Assembly (NCBI GenBank): GCA_963816395.1
Contig: CAWFKQ010000007.1
Coordinates: 384,001 to 448,000, forward strand
Direction: 5' to 3'
DNA from: an uncultured delta proteobacterium
GTDB lineage: Bacteria; Desulfobacterota; Desulfuromonadia; Desulfuromonadales; JACZKF01
Length of the DNA: 64,000 nt
Below are positions 31,178 through 39,729 of this stretch, in pieces; position 1 is the first letter of the stretch, and the number at the start of each line of letters is the position of its first letter. The translations under genes were made by a program, and so were the position numbers. The notes below the pieces were generated by a model that searched no databases, was not told the DNA's origin, and saw only the letters and a list, made by a program, of their open reading frames with translations.

Positions 31178-31999
31178 CTATTCGAAAAAGCTGATTTCAG
31201 GAATATCGGCCAGCAGGCCGTACTTGTGGCAGAGAGAGAAGAAGAGGCGCAAGCCCTGGAGGTGGACCTCGGTGAGATCGAAGGACATGGCCCGCCAGTA
31301 GTTGACCAGCCCCGCCTCGCCGAGCCATTCCCGCTCGGGAGACTCAGCGGCGAGCCGTTCGAGGGAGGCGAAGGCGCGCCGGCGCGACTCGCCGAGCTGG
31401 GCGAGCAGGGCACGGACAGCGGCCGGCTGGGCGGCGGCGGCTGACCGGCGCAGGATCCACAGGGCGAAGACGAAGGGGAGACCTGTGTGCTGCCGCCACA
31501 GCGCTCCCAAGTCGTACACCCGCATCCCGGCCGGCGGGGCGAGGGCGGCCCGCAGGGCCCGGTCGCCAATGAGCAGGGCCGGCCGGCCGGCGGCGAGCAG
31601 TTCCTCCACCGGACCGTCGGGAACGGTGGCCTCGAATGTCTCGAAACCGTAGAATTCGCGCAGCAGGACGTGCAGCAGGTTGACAGAGGTCGCCGATTCG
31701 CCGGTGAGGGCGATCTCTTCCCCGGCCAGTTCCCCGGGTTCCCGGGGGGAGAAGAGAAGGACGCTGAGCACCGGGCCGCAGGCGCTGATCGACTGTCCGG
31801 GCAGCAGCAGATAGTTGCGCCAGTTGCGGGCGTACTCGAAGGAGGAGGAGGGGCTGACGTCGATCTCCCCCGCCGCCAGTTGGCGATTGAGCTGCGCCGG
31901 CACTCCGGGTACGATGCGCCCGCTGAATCCGGCTGCCGCCAGGTAGTGGAAAAAGGGAGTGCAGTTGGCGTAGGTGATGTGACCGACGGTTAGATTCAT
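31178..31999 (-). CDS. mqnA: Chorismate dehydratase (futalosine menaquinone pathway)
   Basis: I.YAN..P, P..LN..L, SVLLFS, SATSV.L, LLIGD.AL, DLG..W...TGLPFVFALW. Confidence 0.88.
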   Translation of the reverse strand: MNLTVGHITYANCTPFFHYLAAAGFSGRIVPGVPAQLNRQLAAGEIDVSPSSSFEYARNWRNYLLLPGQSISACGPVLSVLLFSPREPGELAGEEIALTGESATSVNLLHVLLREFYGFETFEATVPDGPVEELLAAGRPALLIGDRALRAALAPPAGMRVYDLGALWRQHTGLPFVFALWILRRSAAAAQPAAVRALLAQLGESRRRAFASLERLAAESPEREWLGEAGLVNYWRAMSFDLTEVHLQGLRLFFSLCHKYGLLADIPEISFFE

Positions 32000-33495
32000 T
32001 CCGGATTCAGTAGCGGCTTCTGCCCTTCCGGGGAGACTTCGCCGACCAGGCGGATTCCCTCGTGGTCGAGAAGCTGGCCGGTGGCCCGCAGGTAGGCCGT
32101 TATGGCCTGATTGTAATCGGCCAGGGCGGCGATGTGGTCGGTGCGGGCGGAGGCCAGGTCCTCTTCCCCCTGAAGCACGTCGCGGGTGGTCGCCAGCCCC
32201 ACCTCCTGGCGCTTGACCAGGGTATCCAGACGCTCCTGGGCGAGGCGGCTGGCGAGTTCGGTAACTTCGATCTTCTTACTGTTTACTTCCAGATCGCGAA
32301 TGGCGGTCCGGATCTCCTGCCCGATCTCCTCCCGCAACTGCCCCAGCTGGGACTCCTGACTGCTGAGCAGCAGATTGGTCCGCAGCAGCTCGTTGCGGGC
32401 GGCGCGGTTGCCGAGCGGATAGGAGAAAGTGAAGCCGACTTCCCAACTGCGTAGATCGGTCGTCCCCAGGTCGCTCACGGTGTCGCCGTAATCCCCCTCC
32501 AAGCCGGAATGCGCGTAATTGGCGGTCAGGTTGAGTTCGGGCAGCAACTGATTTTTGGCGATCTTCCTGGACAGCTCGAGCCTTTCGATTTCCTGCAGGT
32601 TACGCATCAGATCGGCCCGCATGGCGAAGGCGGCGCGCACCCCCTCTTCCTGGCTGACCTCGATCTGGGGGGCAGCGAGTGCCTCCGCGAACACTTCGAC
32701 CTGATTCGGCAGATTGAGGAGCAGGGTGAGTTGGTCGAGAGCGTTCTGGTAGGCGCGCTCGCTATCCAGCAAATCGCGCTCGCGCAGTTGTTTGCCGACT
32801 TCCGCTTCGAGAATTTCCACCGGCGCCAGGACCCCGGCCCGCACCCGGGCCCGGTTCTCCTTCAGCACCTGCTCGGCAAGAGCGATGGAAGTGCGCCGGT
32901 AAGCGACCTCGTCCCGGTAGCGCAGCACGTCGTAATAGGCGTTGCGCACGTCCGTCAGCAGCTGAAAGGCCTGCTGGCGCAGATCCTGGACGGCAATGTT
33001 GCGGTCATGGACCGCGAAGAGAATTTCCTGTTCGGTGACCGTCTTGCCAAAGCCGCGCAGCAGTGGCTGCACCAGGCTGAGCTGGGCGGTGCTGTTGTAC
33101 TGCGGGTTGAAGAAAGGCTCTGGGTTAATGTCATCGCGTTGGTTATCGAAGCTGAGGATGATATCGGCGCCGCTGGGGAGCAGTTGGGTCAGGGAAAAAT
33201 TATAGCGGCGATACCGGGTCTGGAGCGTCTGCATGGTGGAAACAACGCCACCGAGGGCGAAAGGTCTCTTCGTCTCCCCCGCCGCCAGGTCGGCCTGCAG
33301 CACCGGGTCATAGATGCCGAAGCCGCGGCGCACCAGGGCGGCGGCAGCGCGGGTGGCGTAGGTCTGGGCCTGCAGGTTGAGATTGCGCTCGATGGCCAGG
33401 CGCTCGGCATCGCGGAGATCGACGACCTGGGCGGCGCCGGCCGAAGCAGCGAGCAGGAGTACAAGGGAGCAAAGGACAAAAAATCGCATAAACAT
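31996..33495 (-). CDS. TolC-family outer membrane protein
   Basis: Signal peptide, two OEP repeats (QPLLRG; LP.LNL; YPLGN; GL.T..DVL). Confidence 0.85.
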   Translation of the reverse strand: MFMRFFVLCSLVLLLAASAGAAQVVDLRDAERLAIERNLNLQAQTYATRAAAALVRRGFGIYDPVLQADLAAGETKRPFALGGVVSTMQTLQTRYRRYNFSLTQLLPSGADIILSFDNQRDDINPEPFFNPQYNSTAQLSLVQPLLRGFGKTVTEQEILFAVHDRNIAVQDLRQQAFQLLTDVRNAYYDVLRYRDEVAYRRTSIALAEQVLKENRARVRAGVLAPVEILEAEVGKQLRERDLLDSERAYQNALDQLTLLLNLPNQVEVFAEALAAPQIEVSQEEGVRAAFAMRADLMRNLQEIERLELSRKIAKNQLLPELNLTANYAHSGLEGDYGDTVSDLGTTDLRSWEVGFTFSYPLGNRAARNELLRTNLLLSSQESQLGQLREEIGQEIRTAIRDLEVNSKKIEVTELASRLAQERLDTLVKRQEVGLATTRDVLQGEEDLASARTDHIAALADYNQAITAYLRATGQLLDHEGIRLVGEVSPEGQKPLLNPE

Positions 33496-33544
33496 ATCCC
33501 TCCTGGGAGGGGCCGCAGGGCGGCCAACAAAACTGGATACTTGT

Positions 33545-33560
33545 AGCATATCAGATGCCA
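33545..33560 (-). promoter_or_regulatory. Putative sigma54 promoter for tolC-mqnA
   Basis: Minus strand TGGCATCTGATATGCT, i.e. GG-N10-GC, about 50 bp upstream of the start codon. Confidence 0.5.
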
Positions 33561-33590
33561 TAGCGCAATCCCACGCCCAAACGTTTCCGT

Positions 33591-34520
33591 TTACGCGGCT
33601 GGCGCCGATTCTCGCAGAAAAGTCAGCAACGCTTCGAGGTCGCTGGGGACGGGTGATTCCAGGCTCAGCTCTTCGCCGGTAACCGGATGGCGCAGCTGCA
33701 GGCGCCAGGCGTGCAGCATCTGACGGGGAACCTGCCGACCTCGCACCGCCAGCGGTCCGCCGTAACGCCGGTCTCCCAACAGCGGGTGGCCCGCTTCGGC
33801 CAGGTGCACCCGAATCTGATGCGACCGGCCGGTCGGGATCTCAACCTCAAGCAGGGCAGCATCGGCGAATTCCTCAACCGGCCGGAAACGGGTGATCGCT
33901 TCCTTGCCGCCTCGCTCTACCGATTTCATCCGATTGCCGGCCCGGCTGCGTGCCAGTTGCGAGCGGATTTCCCCGGCGCCAGGGTGCCCGGTGGCAAGAG
34001 CGAGGTAGGTCTTGCGCAGCCGGCCGCCGGCGACCGCCTCGGAAAGACCCCGATGGGCACGGGGATGAATGGAAAATATGAGGACACCGGAAGTCTCCCG
34101 ATCCAGCCTCTGCACCATTCCGAGACTGGGTTGCTGCTGCGGCCGGAAGGGGTCGTGAAGGAAGGTGAGGAGCGCCTCGTATAAGGTTCCCCGATAGCGG
34201 GCCGGAGTCGGCTGAGTCTCGATGCCGGCCGGCTTGCAGACGGCGAGCAGATAGCGGTCCCGGTAGAGAATATCGCCAGCCGCCAACCGCCAGGGGTCGA
34301 GGGACCCGGTGTCGAGATAAATCTCCACCAGTTCGCCTGCCCGGACGGGGTAGGAGCAGTGGCGCACCCGACGACCGCCGGCGTGCGCACCACCCAGATC
34401 GATGACGCGGCGCAGCAGGGTGCGGGAGAGTTCGACCGTACAGGCTGGGATGAATTGGTCAAGGCGCATCCCCGCCTGGTGTGAAGCCGGAACAAATCGG
34501 TAATGCCGCTGTTCAGCCAT
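33591..34520 (-). CDS. RluA/RluD-family pseudouridine synthase
   Basis: S4-like RLDQ, KPAG, RLDRETSG, TGRSHQIRVH, GD.RYG, LHA. Confidence 0.9.
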   Translation of the reverse strand: MAEQRHYRFVPASHQAGMRLDQFIPACTVELSRTLLRRVIDLGGAHAGGRRVRHCSYPVRAGELVEIYLDTGSLDPWRLAAGDILYRDRYLLAVCKPAGIETQPTPARYRGTLYEALLTFLHDPFRPQQQPSLGMVQRLDRETSGVLIFSIHPRAHRGLSEAVAGGRLRKTYLALATGHPGAGEIRSQLARSRAGNRMKSVERGGKEAITRFRPVEEFADAALLEVEIPTGRSHQIRVHLAEAGHPLLGDRRYGGPLAVRGRQVPRQMLHAWRLQLRHPVTGEELSLESPVPSDLEALLTFLRESAPAA

Positions 34521-34534
34521 AAAAAGGTTTCCGC

Positions 34535-34562
34535 TTGACAGGTCCGTTCCGAATGCTAACAT
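34535..34562 (+). promoter_or_regulatory. Sigma70 promoter of the non-coding unit
   Basis: TTGACA-N16-TAACAT with an extended -10 TG motif. Confidence 0.7.
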
Positions 34563-34586
34563 TAAAAAAAATTGATGCCACTTAAC

Positions 34587-34766
34587 AATCTCTGGAGTGA
34601 CGGCCCCCGGGTTTGTCGCGAAGGCCAACAGTCGGATCAGGGCTCCTTGGACAAGTCATGGTGAGCCAGCCCGCCGCGCAGCGGGACGCCTGAAGTGACC
34701 TGCAAAGGGCAAATACTCTTTCTCAGGCCAGGTGATCAGATAAACTCCGCCGGCACTCCAGAGCCC
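34587..34766 (+). ncRNA. ssrS: 6S RNA (SsrS-like)
   Basis: ~180-nt rod: CTCTGGAGTG/CACTCCAGAG, GGGTTTGTC/GATAAACTC and GGCC/GGCC stems, a ~15x15-nt central bubble, then an apical stem; echoes 6S motifs (GCTCC..GGTGAGC, GCCTGAA). Confidence 0.75.
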
Positions 34767-34777
34767 CACTTTCAGGA

Positions 34778-34942
34778 AATTGGCATTACCCGGCCCGGGA
34801 CGATCGCCCTGCCTGAGGCTCAGTCCTCCCCGAGGTCGGATCCGAAAGATACGCTGCCGCGTCGGAACCGCCAGGAACTCGACCGGAGCCTTTGAGTAGG
34901 GTCGCTCAGGGCATTGTGGATCGCAGCCGTGTGGTGCCAATT
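34778..34942 (+). ncRNA. Unidentified ~165-nt structured RNA downstream of 6S
   Basis: Nested stems AATTGGCATTACCCGGC/GCCGTGTGGTGCCAATT, GAGGCTC/GAGCCTT, CGGATCCGA/TCGGAACCG; G-U wobbles favour the + strand. Confidence 0.5.
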
Positions 34943-34944
34943 GT

Positions 34945-34988
34945 AACAAGACAAAGGCCCCGTCGCATGACGGGGCCTTTGTCTTGTT
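34945..34988. terminator. Bidirectional intrinsic terminator (ncRNA unit / ihfB)
   Basis: Perfect 20-bp stem AACAAGACAAAGGCCCCGTC-GCAT-GACGGGGCCTTTGTCTTGTT. Confidence 0.85.
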
Positions 34989-35017
34989 TGTTTGCCGTTG
35001 TGAACAAGCGCCTGGGT

Positions 35018-35302
35018 TCAGACTTCGGTATTGACCCTTTCCCGCAGCTCTTTACCCGTCTTGAAGAATGGGGTCCGTTTCGGCGGGATTTTGACCACAT
35101 CGCCGCTTTTCGGGTTCCGCGCTTCGCGGCCGTCGCGCACGCGGATGCTGAAGGAGCCGAAGCCACGGATTTCAACCCTGCCGCCCTGAATCAGCGTATC
35201 ACCGATGCTGTCGAAAATGGTGTTGACGATCAGTTCGGCCTCTTTCTTGTTCAGGGATCCGCTGTGGAATGACAACCGTTCGATCAGTTCACTTTTAGTC
35301 AT
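35018..35302 (-). CDS. ihfB: Integration host factor beta subunit
   Basis: MTKSELI, RVEIRGFGSF, RNPKSG, FKTGKELRERVN. Confidence 0.93.
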   Translation of the reverse strand: MTKSELIERLSFHSGSLNKKEAELIVNTIFDSIGDTLIQGGRVEIRGFGSFSIRVRDGREARNPKSGDVVKIPPKRTPFFKTGKELRERVNTEV

Positions 35303-35313
35303 AGCAATTCCTC

Positions 35314-36198
35314 CTATTCAACACCAGACCACAGGAACCGCAAGCCGGTGCCGGACTGCTCCCGCAGACCCCGCCGCAACCCGCTTAGCGTCTCATCGAC
35401 CAGAAAATCCAATAACCCGCCCCTCTCCCGGGGCGGATAAACGACATTAGGTTCACCAGAGATGCCGCCCATCTCCGCGGCTATATCAATGGCATCCTGC
35501 AGATTCCCGAGTTCATCGACCAGACCGGCTGCCATGGCCTGCCGGCCGGTGAAAATGCGGCCATCGGCGAGGCTGCGCACCTTCGCCGGATCCAGGTTAC
35601 GCCCTTCGCTGACGGCGGCGATGAACTGCTCATGCACATCATCGAGCATCTCCTGCAGAATCTTCCTGTCCGCCTCCGACAGAGGGCGGACCGGCGAACC
35701 GATATCCTTGTGTTCGCCGCTTTTTACTACCTGGGTGCGAAGGCCGATTTTTTCCAGCAATCCCTGAACGTTGGGAAACTGCATGATGACGCCGATGCTG
35801 CCGGTAATCGTCCCGGGATTGGCCAGAATGCGCCGGGCAGCCGCCGCTACATAGTAGCCGCCGGAGGCAGCAACCGACCCCATGGAGACGATTAACGGCT
35901 TCACCTGCGCCGTTTTCTTGACTTCTTCGTAGATCTCCTGGGAAGGCCCCACCCCGCCGCCTGGCGAATCGACCCGCAGCACAATCGCCTTGACTGCGGC
36001 ATCATCACGGAAGCGGATCAGGTCATCAATGGTATCCTTGGAGGAATCGATGATCCCTGTAATTTCAACAACTCCCACCTTATCGCCGAATGCGAATTCA
36101 TGGCCGCTAAGGCGGGTGAGAACCAGCACGATCCCCAGAAAAAAAAGGAAAATAACAGCGAGGATCACCAGAGCCAGCAGAATGGGATTTTTTTTCAT
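35314..36198 (-). CDS. sppA: Signal peptide peptidase SppA (36K type)
   Basis: DSPGG, AASGGYY, GSIGVI, KSGEHKD, GLVDELG. Confidence 0.92.
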   Translation of the reverse strand: MKKNPILLALVILAVIFLFFLGIVLVLTRLSGHEFAFGDKVGVVEITGIIDSSKDTIDDLIRFRDDAAVKAIVLRVDSPGGGVGPSQEIYEEVKKTAQVKPLIVSMGSVAASGGYYVAAAARRILANPGTITGSIGVIMQFPNVQGLLEKIGLRTQVVKSGEHKDIGSPVRPLSEADRKILQEMLDDVHEQFIAAVSEGRNLDPAKVRSLADGRIFTGRQAMAAGLVDELGNLQDAIDIAAEMGGISGEPNVVYPPRERGGLLDFLVDETLSGLRRGLREQSGTGLRFLWSGVE

Positions 36199-36260
36199 TG
36201 GGGGCACAGGTAATCGAGGAGGCCCCCGCCCGAGGGCGGGGGCTCGCTAGAACTGGAGAA

Positions 36261-37994
36261 TTATTCCTCGTCCTTATCGTTGCCGGCTTTCCCCATGGCA
36301 CCCTGAAGCAGGTCCCCGAGATTGGAAGTGGCTTTTTTCTGTGCCCCCAGATAGGCGTCCACCTCGGCCTTTTCTTTCTGGTCGGCAAGGTGCTTGATTG
36401 ACAGTGCGATCTTGCGCTCAGCGGTATCGACATGCAGAACCACCGCTTCCAGCTCGTCCCCGAGCTTGGCAAAGCTCTTGGGCGAATCGACCTTCTCCTT
36501 GCTGATCTCGGAAACGTGGATCAGCCCTTCGATACCCTCCTCAACCTCAAGGAATATACCGAAGTCGGTGACCGAGGTCACTTTGCCGTGAATGATGGTG
36601 CCGGGAGTGTAGCGCTGCGGGATGGACTGCCAGGGATCCTGCTGGAACTGCTTGATCCCGAGGGAGAAGCGCTCGTTTTCGCGGTCGATATTAAGTACGA
36701 CCGCCTTGACGATGTCCCCCTTCTTGTACAGTTCGGAGGGATGCTTGATCCGTTTGGTCCAGGAAAGATCGGAGATGTGCACCAAGCCGTCGATCCCTTC
36801 ATCAACCCCGACAAAGATACCGAAGTCAGTGATGTTTTTGACCTGCCCCTCGATGATGGTGCCGATCGGGAACTTCTCCCCGATCACTTCCCAGGGATTG
36901 GTCTCCGCCTGTTTCAGGCCGAGGGAGATGCGGCGATTGGGGATATCCAGGGCGAGCACCACCGAATCGACTTCATCGCCGATATTGAGGATCTTATTGG
37001 GATGCTTGACGCGCTTGGTCCAGCTCATTTCGGAGACATGGATCAGACCTTCGACCCCTTCCTCCAGTTCGACGAAAGCGCCGTAGTCGGTGAGGCTGAC
37101 CACCTTGCCGCGCACCCTGGATCCGACCGGGTATTTCTCCTCGACGTCGTGCCAGGGGTCGGGCGTGATCTGCTTCAGACCAAGAGAGACCCGTTCCCGC
37201 TCGCGGTCGAACTTCAGGACTTTGACCTTGATCTTGTCGCCCACCCCGAGAATGTCCGAGGGATGATTTACGCGGCCCCAGGACATATCGGTGATATGCA
37301 GCAGACCATCGATCCCGCCGAGGTCGATGAAGCAGCCGTAATCGGTAAGGTTCTTGACCACCCCTTCGACTTCCTGTCCCTCGGAAAGGGTCTTGAGGGT
37401 ATCTGACCGCAGGCTCTCCCGCTGCTCCTCCAGGAGCACCCGCCGGGAAAGAACGATATTGCCGCGCCGCTTGTTGAGCTTGATAATTTTGAATTGGAAG
37501 GTTTCGCCGAGCAGTTTGTCCAGATTGCGGACCGGCCGCAGGTCGACCTGGGAGCCGGGGAGGAAAGCATTGACGCCGATATCGACGGACAGGCCGCCCT
37601 TGATCCGGCTGACAATGCGCCCTTCAACCACTGCGTCCTCTTCCAGAGCGTTCCAGATTTTCTGCCGGTCCGCCTTCTCCTTGGAGAGGCCGATCAGACC
37701 ATTTTCATTTTCGCGGCGTTCGAAAAGGACATCGACCCGGTCGCCGACCTTAACCTCTGCCTTGCCGGTTTCACCGGCGAATTCGCTGAGAGGGATCAGC
37801 CCCTCAGATTTATAACCGACATCGACAATGACCGAATCCGGGTTGACCTGGACGATCGTCCCCTCGACCACATCGCCGACGTTCAACTCGCGGATGCTCT
37901 TCTCGAAAAGCTCGCTGAAGCTCTGCTCGTTTTCGCCGAACTCCGTTTCTTCAAGCTCGGGATCGTGTTGGATAGTTCCTTTGTCTTCAACCAT
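36261..37994 (-). CDS. rpsA: 30S ribosomal protein S1
   Basis: Six S1 repeats (FLPGSQVD, DGLLHITDMSW, GLIHVSE). Confidence 0.96.
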   Translation of the reverse strand: MVEDKGTIQHDPELEETEFGENEQSFSELFEKSIRELNVGDVVEGTIVQVNPDSVIVDVGYKSEGLIPLSEFAGETGKAEVKVGDRVDVLFERRENENGLIGLSKEKADRQKIWNALEEDAVVEGRIVSRIKGGLSVDIGVNAFLPGSQVDLRPVRNLDKLLGETFQFKIIKLNKRRGNIVLSRRVLLEEQRESLRSDTLKTLSEGQEVEGVVKNLTDYGCFIDLGGIDGLLHITDMSWGRVNHPSDILGVGDKIKVKVLKFDRERERVSLGLKQITPDPWHDVEEKYPVGSRVRGKVVSLTDYGAFVELEEGVEGLIHVSEMSWTKRVKHPNKILNIGDEVDSVVLALDIPNRRISLGLKQAETNPWEVIGEKFPIGTIIEGQVKNITDFGIFVGVDEGIDGLVHISDLSWTKRIKHPSELYKKGDIVKAVVLNIDRENERFSLGIKQFQQDPWQSIPQRYTPGTIIHGKVTSVTDFGIFLEVEEGIEGLIHVSEISKEKVDSPKSFAKLGDELEAVVLHVDTAERKIALSIKHLADQKEKAEVDAYLGAQKKATSNLGDLLQGAMGKAGNDKDEE

Positions 37995-38094
37995 TAAGAT
38001 GTTACCCCCTAGCGATTTTCTGTCGCCTGTCGACAGCATGGCGCCATGGCCATGAAGAAGGACCATAACATAAAGACTCTAAAAAAACAAACTC

Positions 38095-38934
38095 TTATTT
38101 GCCGATTTCGGTCAACTTCTCCACCACTTCCTCGATGATCCAGCGGGGCGTTGAGGCACCGGCGGTGACCCCTACGGTGGAGACGCCGCTGAACCAGGCG
38201 GGGTCGATCTGCCCGGCAGTTTCCACATGATGGGTGCGCGGCTGGATGTCGGTGCATATCTGCGCCAGACGGGTGGTGTTGGCGCTGTTATAGCCGCCGA
38301 CCACCAGCATCAGGTCGGCCTGGCGAGCGATCGTCCGCGCCTCGTTCTGGCGCACCATGGTAGCATCGCAGATAGTGTTGAAGACGCGCATCTCCTTGCT
38401 CTTGCCAAGGCATATCTCGACCACCTCGCGCAGGTTCTCCAGCGACTGGGTGGTCTGGGCCACTACCCCCATCCGCCGGCGGCGCGGGAGTCGTTCCGCC
38501 TGCCGGCGGTCGGCCACCACGAATACCTCGCCATCCTTGGCATAGGAGATGATGCCCTGCACTTCCGGGTGGTCTTTCTCCCCGACCAGGACCACCGCAT
38601 ACCCCTCTTGCCGCAGCAGGGCCGCGTATTCCTGGGCCTTCTTGACGAAAGGGCAGGTGGCATCGACGATCTCCAGTTCGCGGGCGAAGATGGCCTCCAA
38701 CTCCCCGGCGGTCACCCCGTGCGAGCGGATGATCACCGCCCCGCCCGAGATATCTTCGACATTGCGGATTACCTCCACCCCTTTCTCTGCCAGTTTCTCC
38801 ACCAACTGTGGGGAATGGATGATCGGCCCGAGGGAGCAGAGACGGGAATTCTGGTCGGCTGCCTCGAAGGCCATCTGGGTGGCCCGCTTAACGCCGAAGC
38901 AGAAGCCGGCGCTCTGAGCAAGTATGATTTTCAT
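38095..38934 (-). CDS. ispH: 4-hydroxy-3-methylbut-2-enyl diphosphate reductase
   Basis: GFCFGV, DATCP, HPEV, TICDAT, SANT, TAGASTP. Confidence 0.95.
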   Translation of the reverse strand: MKIILAQSAGFCFGVKRATQMAFEAADQNSRLCSLGPIIHSPQLVEKLAEKGVEVIRNVEDISGGAVIIRSHGVTAGELEAIFARELEIVDATCPFVKKAQEYAALLRQEGYAVVLVGEKDHPEVQGIISYAKDGEVFVVADRRQAERLPRRRRMGVVAQTTQSLENLREVVEICLGKSKEMRVFNTICDATMVRQNEARTIARQADLMLVVGGYNSANTTRLAQICTDIQPRTHHVETAGQIDPAWFSGVSTVGVTAGASTPRWIIEEVVEKLTEIGK

Positions 38935-38940
38935 ATTTCC

Positions 38941-39023
38941 AGGCTAGAGGCAAGGGGCAAGAGGGGATTATTCCGAGGTTCACGGGTTTGAGGCTTTTTC
39001 CTCTAGCCTCTGGCCTCTTGCCT
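38941..39023. repeat. Heptamer fold-back element, (AGGCTAG/AGGCAAG)n ... (CCTCTAG/CCTCTTG)n
   Basis: AGGCTAG AGGCAAG GGGCAAG AGG, spacer, then CCTCTAG CCTCTGG CCTCTTG CCT; overlaps the cmk stop codon. Confidence 0.75.
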
Positions 39024-39683
39024 CCTGCCTTCTACTATACGCAACATCTCGGTTAAAACTTCTTCAATCGACATCTTCGTCGAATCAATGACCACGGCGT
39101 CGGAGGCCTGGAGCAGGGGGGCATGCTCGCGGGCACTGTCGGCGGCATCACGTGCCTCGACTTCGGCAATGGTCTGTTCCAGGTCGACAGCCAGACCTTT
39201 CGCCCGCAGTTCCTCGTAGCGCCGCCGCCCCCGTTCCCGGGCGCTGGCGCGGAGAAAAAATTTCACTTCCGCCTGCGGAAAAACAACGGTGCCGATATCC
39301 CGGCCTTCGAGAACCACGCCGCCGCCCTCTCCCATCTGCCGCTGCCGGCGAACCATATCCTGCCGCACCGCCGGGCAGGCGGAGATGCGGGAGGTGAGCA
39401 GGCTGTTTTCCGGAGTACGGACGGCGGCGGAGACATCCTCGCCGTTCAGCAGAACCTGCTCGCCCTGACGGCCGCCGAAGGCGATGTCGAGATTCCGGCA
39501 GAGCCGCTCCAAGCCAACGGTATCCGCCGGGTCTATCCCCTCCCGGCTGGCGGCCAGGGCCACCGCCCGGTACATGGCGCCGGTATCGAGGTTGAGATAT
39601 CCCAGCCGCTGGGCCAGCAGCTTGCTCAAAGTACTTTTACCGGCGCCCGAGGGGCCGTCGATGGCAATGATCAATTCGCGCAT
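39003..39683 (-). CDS. cmk: Cytidylate kinase
   Basis: IDGPSGAGKST, DTGAMYR, EGRDIGTVVFP. Confidence 0.95.
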   Translation of the reverse strand: MRELIIAIDGPSGAGKSTLSKLLAQRLGYLNLDTGAMYRAVALAASREGIDPADTVGLERLCRNLDIAFGGRQGEQVLLNGEDVSAAVRTPENSLLTSRISACPAVRQDMVRRQRQMGEGGGVVLEGRDIGTVVFPQAEVKFFLRASARERGRRRYEELRAKGLAVDLEQTIAEVEARDAADSAREHAPLLQASDAVVIDSTKMSIEEVLTEMLRIVEGRRQEARG

Positions 39684-39692
39684 GGTAAGTGC

Positions 39693-39725
39693 AGGTTCAA
39701 GGTTCAAGTCCAAGGTTCAAGGTAG
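39693..39725. repeat. Heptamer tandem repeat (AGGTTCA)n
   Basis: AGGTTCA AGGTTCA AGTCCA AGGTTCA AGGTAG between aroA and cmk. Confidence 0.7.
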
Positions 39726-39729
39726 GGGG

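Noticed and set aside
34778..34942. SRP RNA, tmRNA or RNase P identity for the second RNA
   Set aside because: GTCGGATCCGAAAGATACGCTGC only loosely resembles the SRP CAGG..GNRA..AGCAG motif; no tRNA-like ends and no GAGGAAAGTCC.
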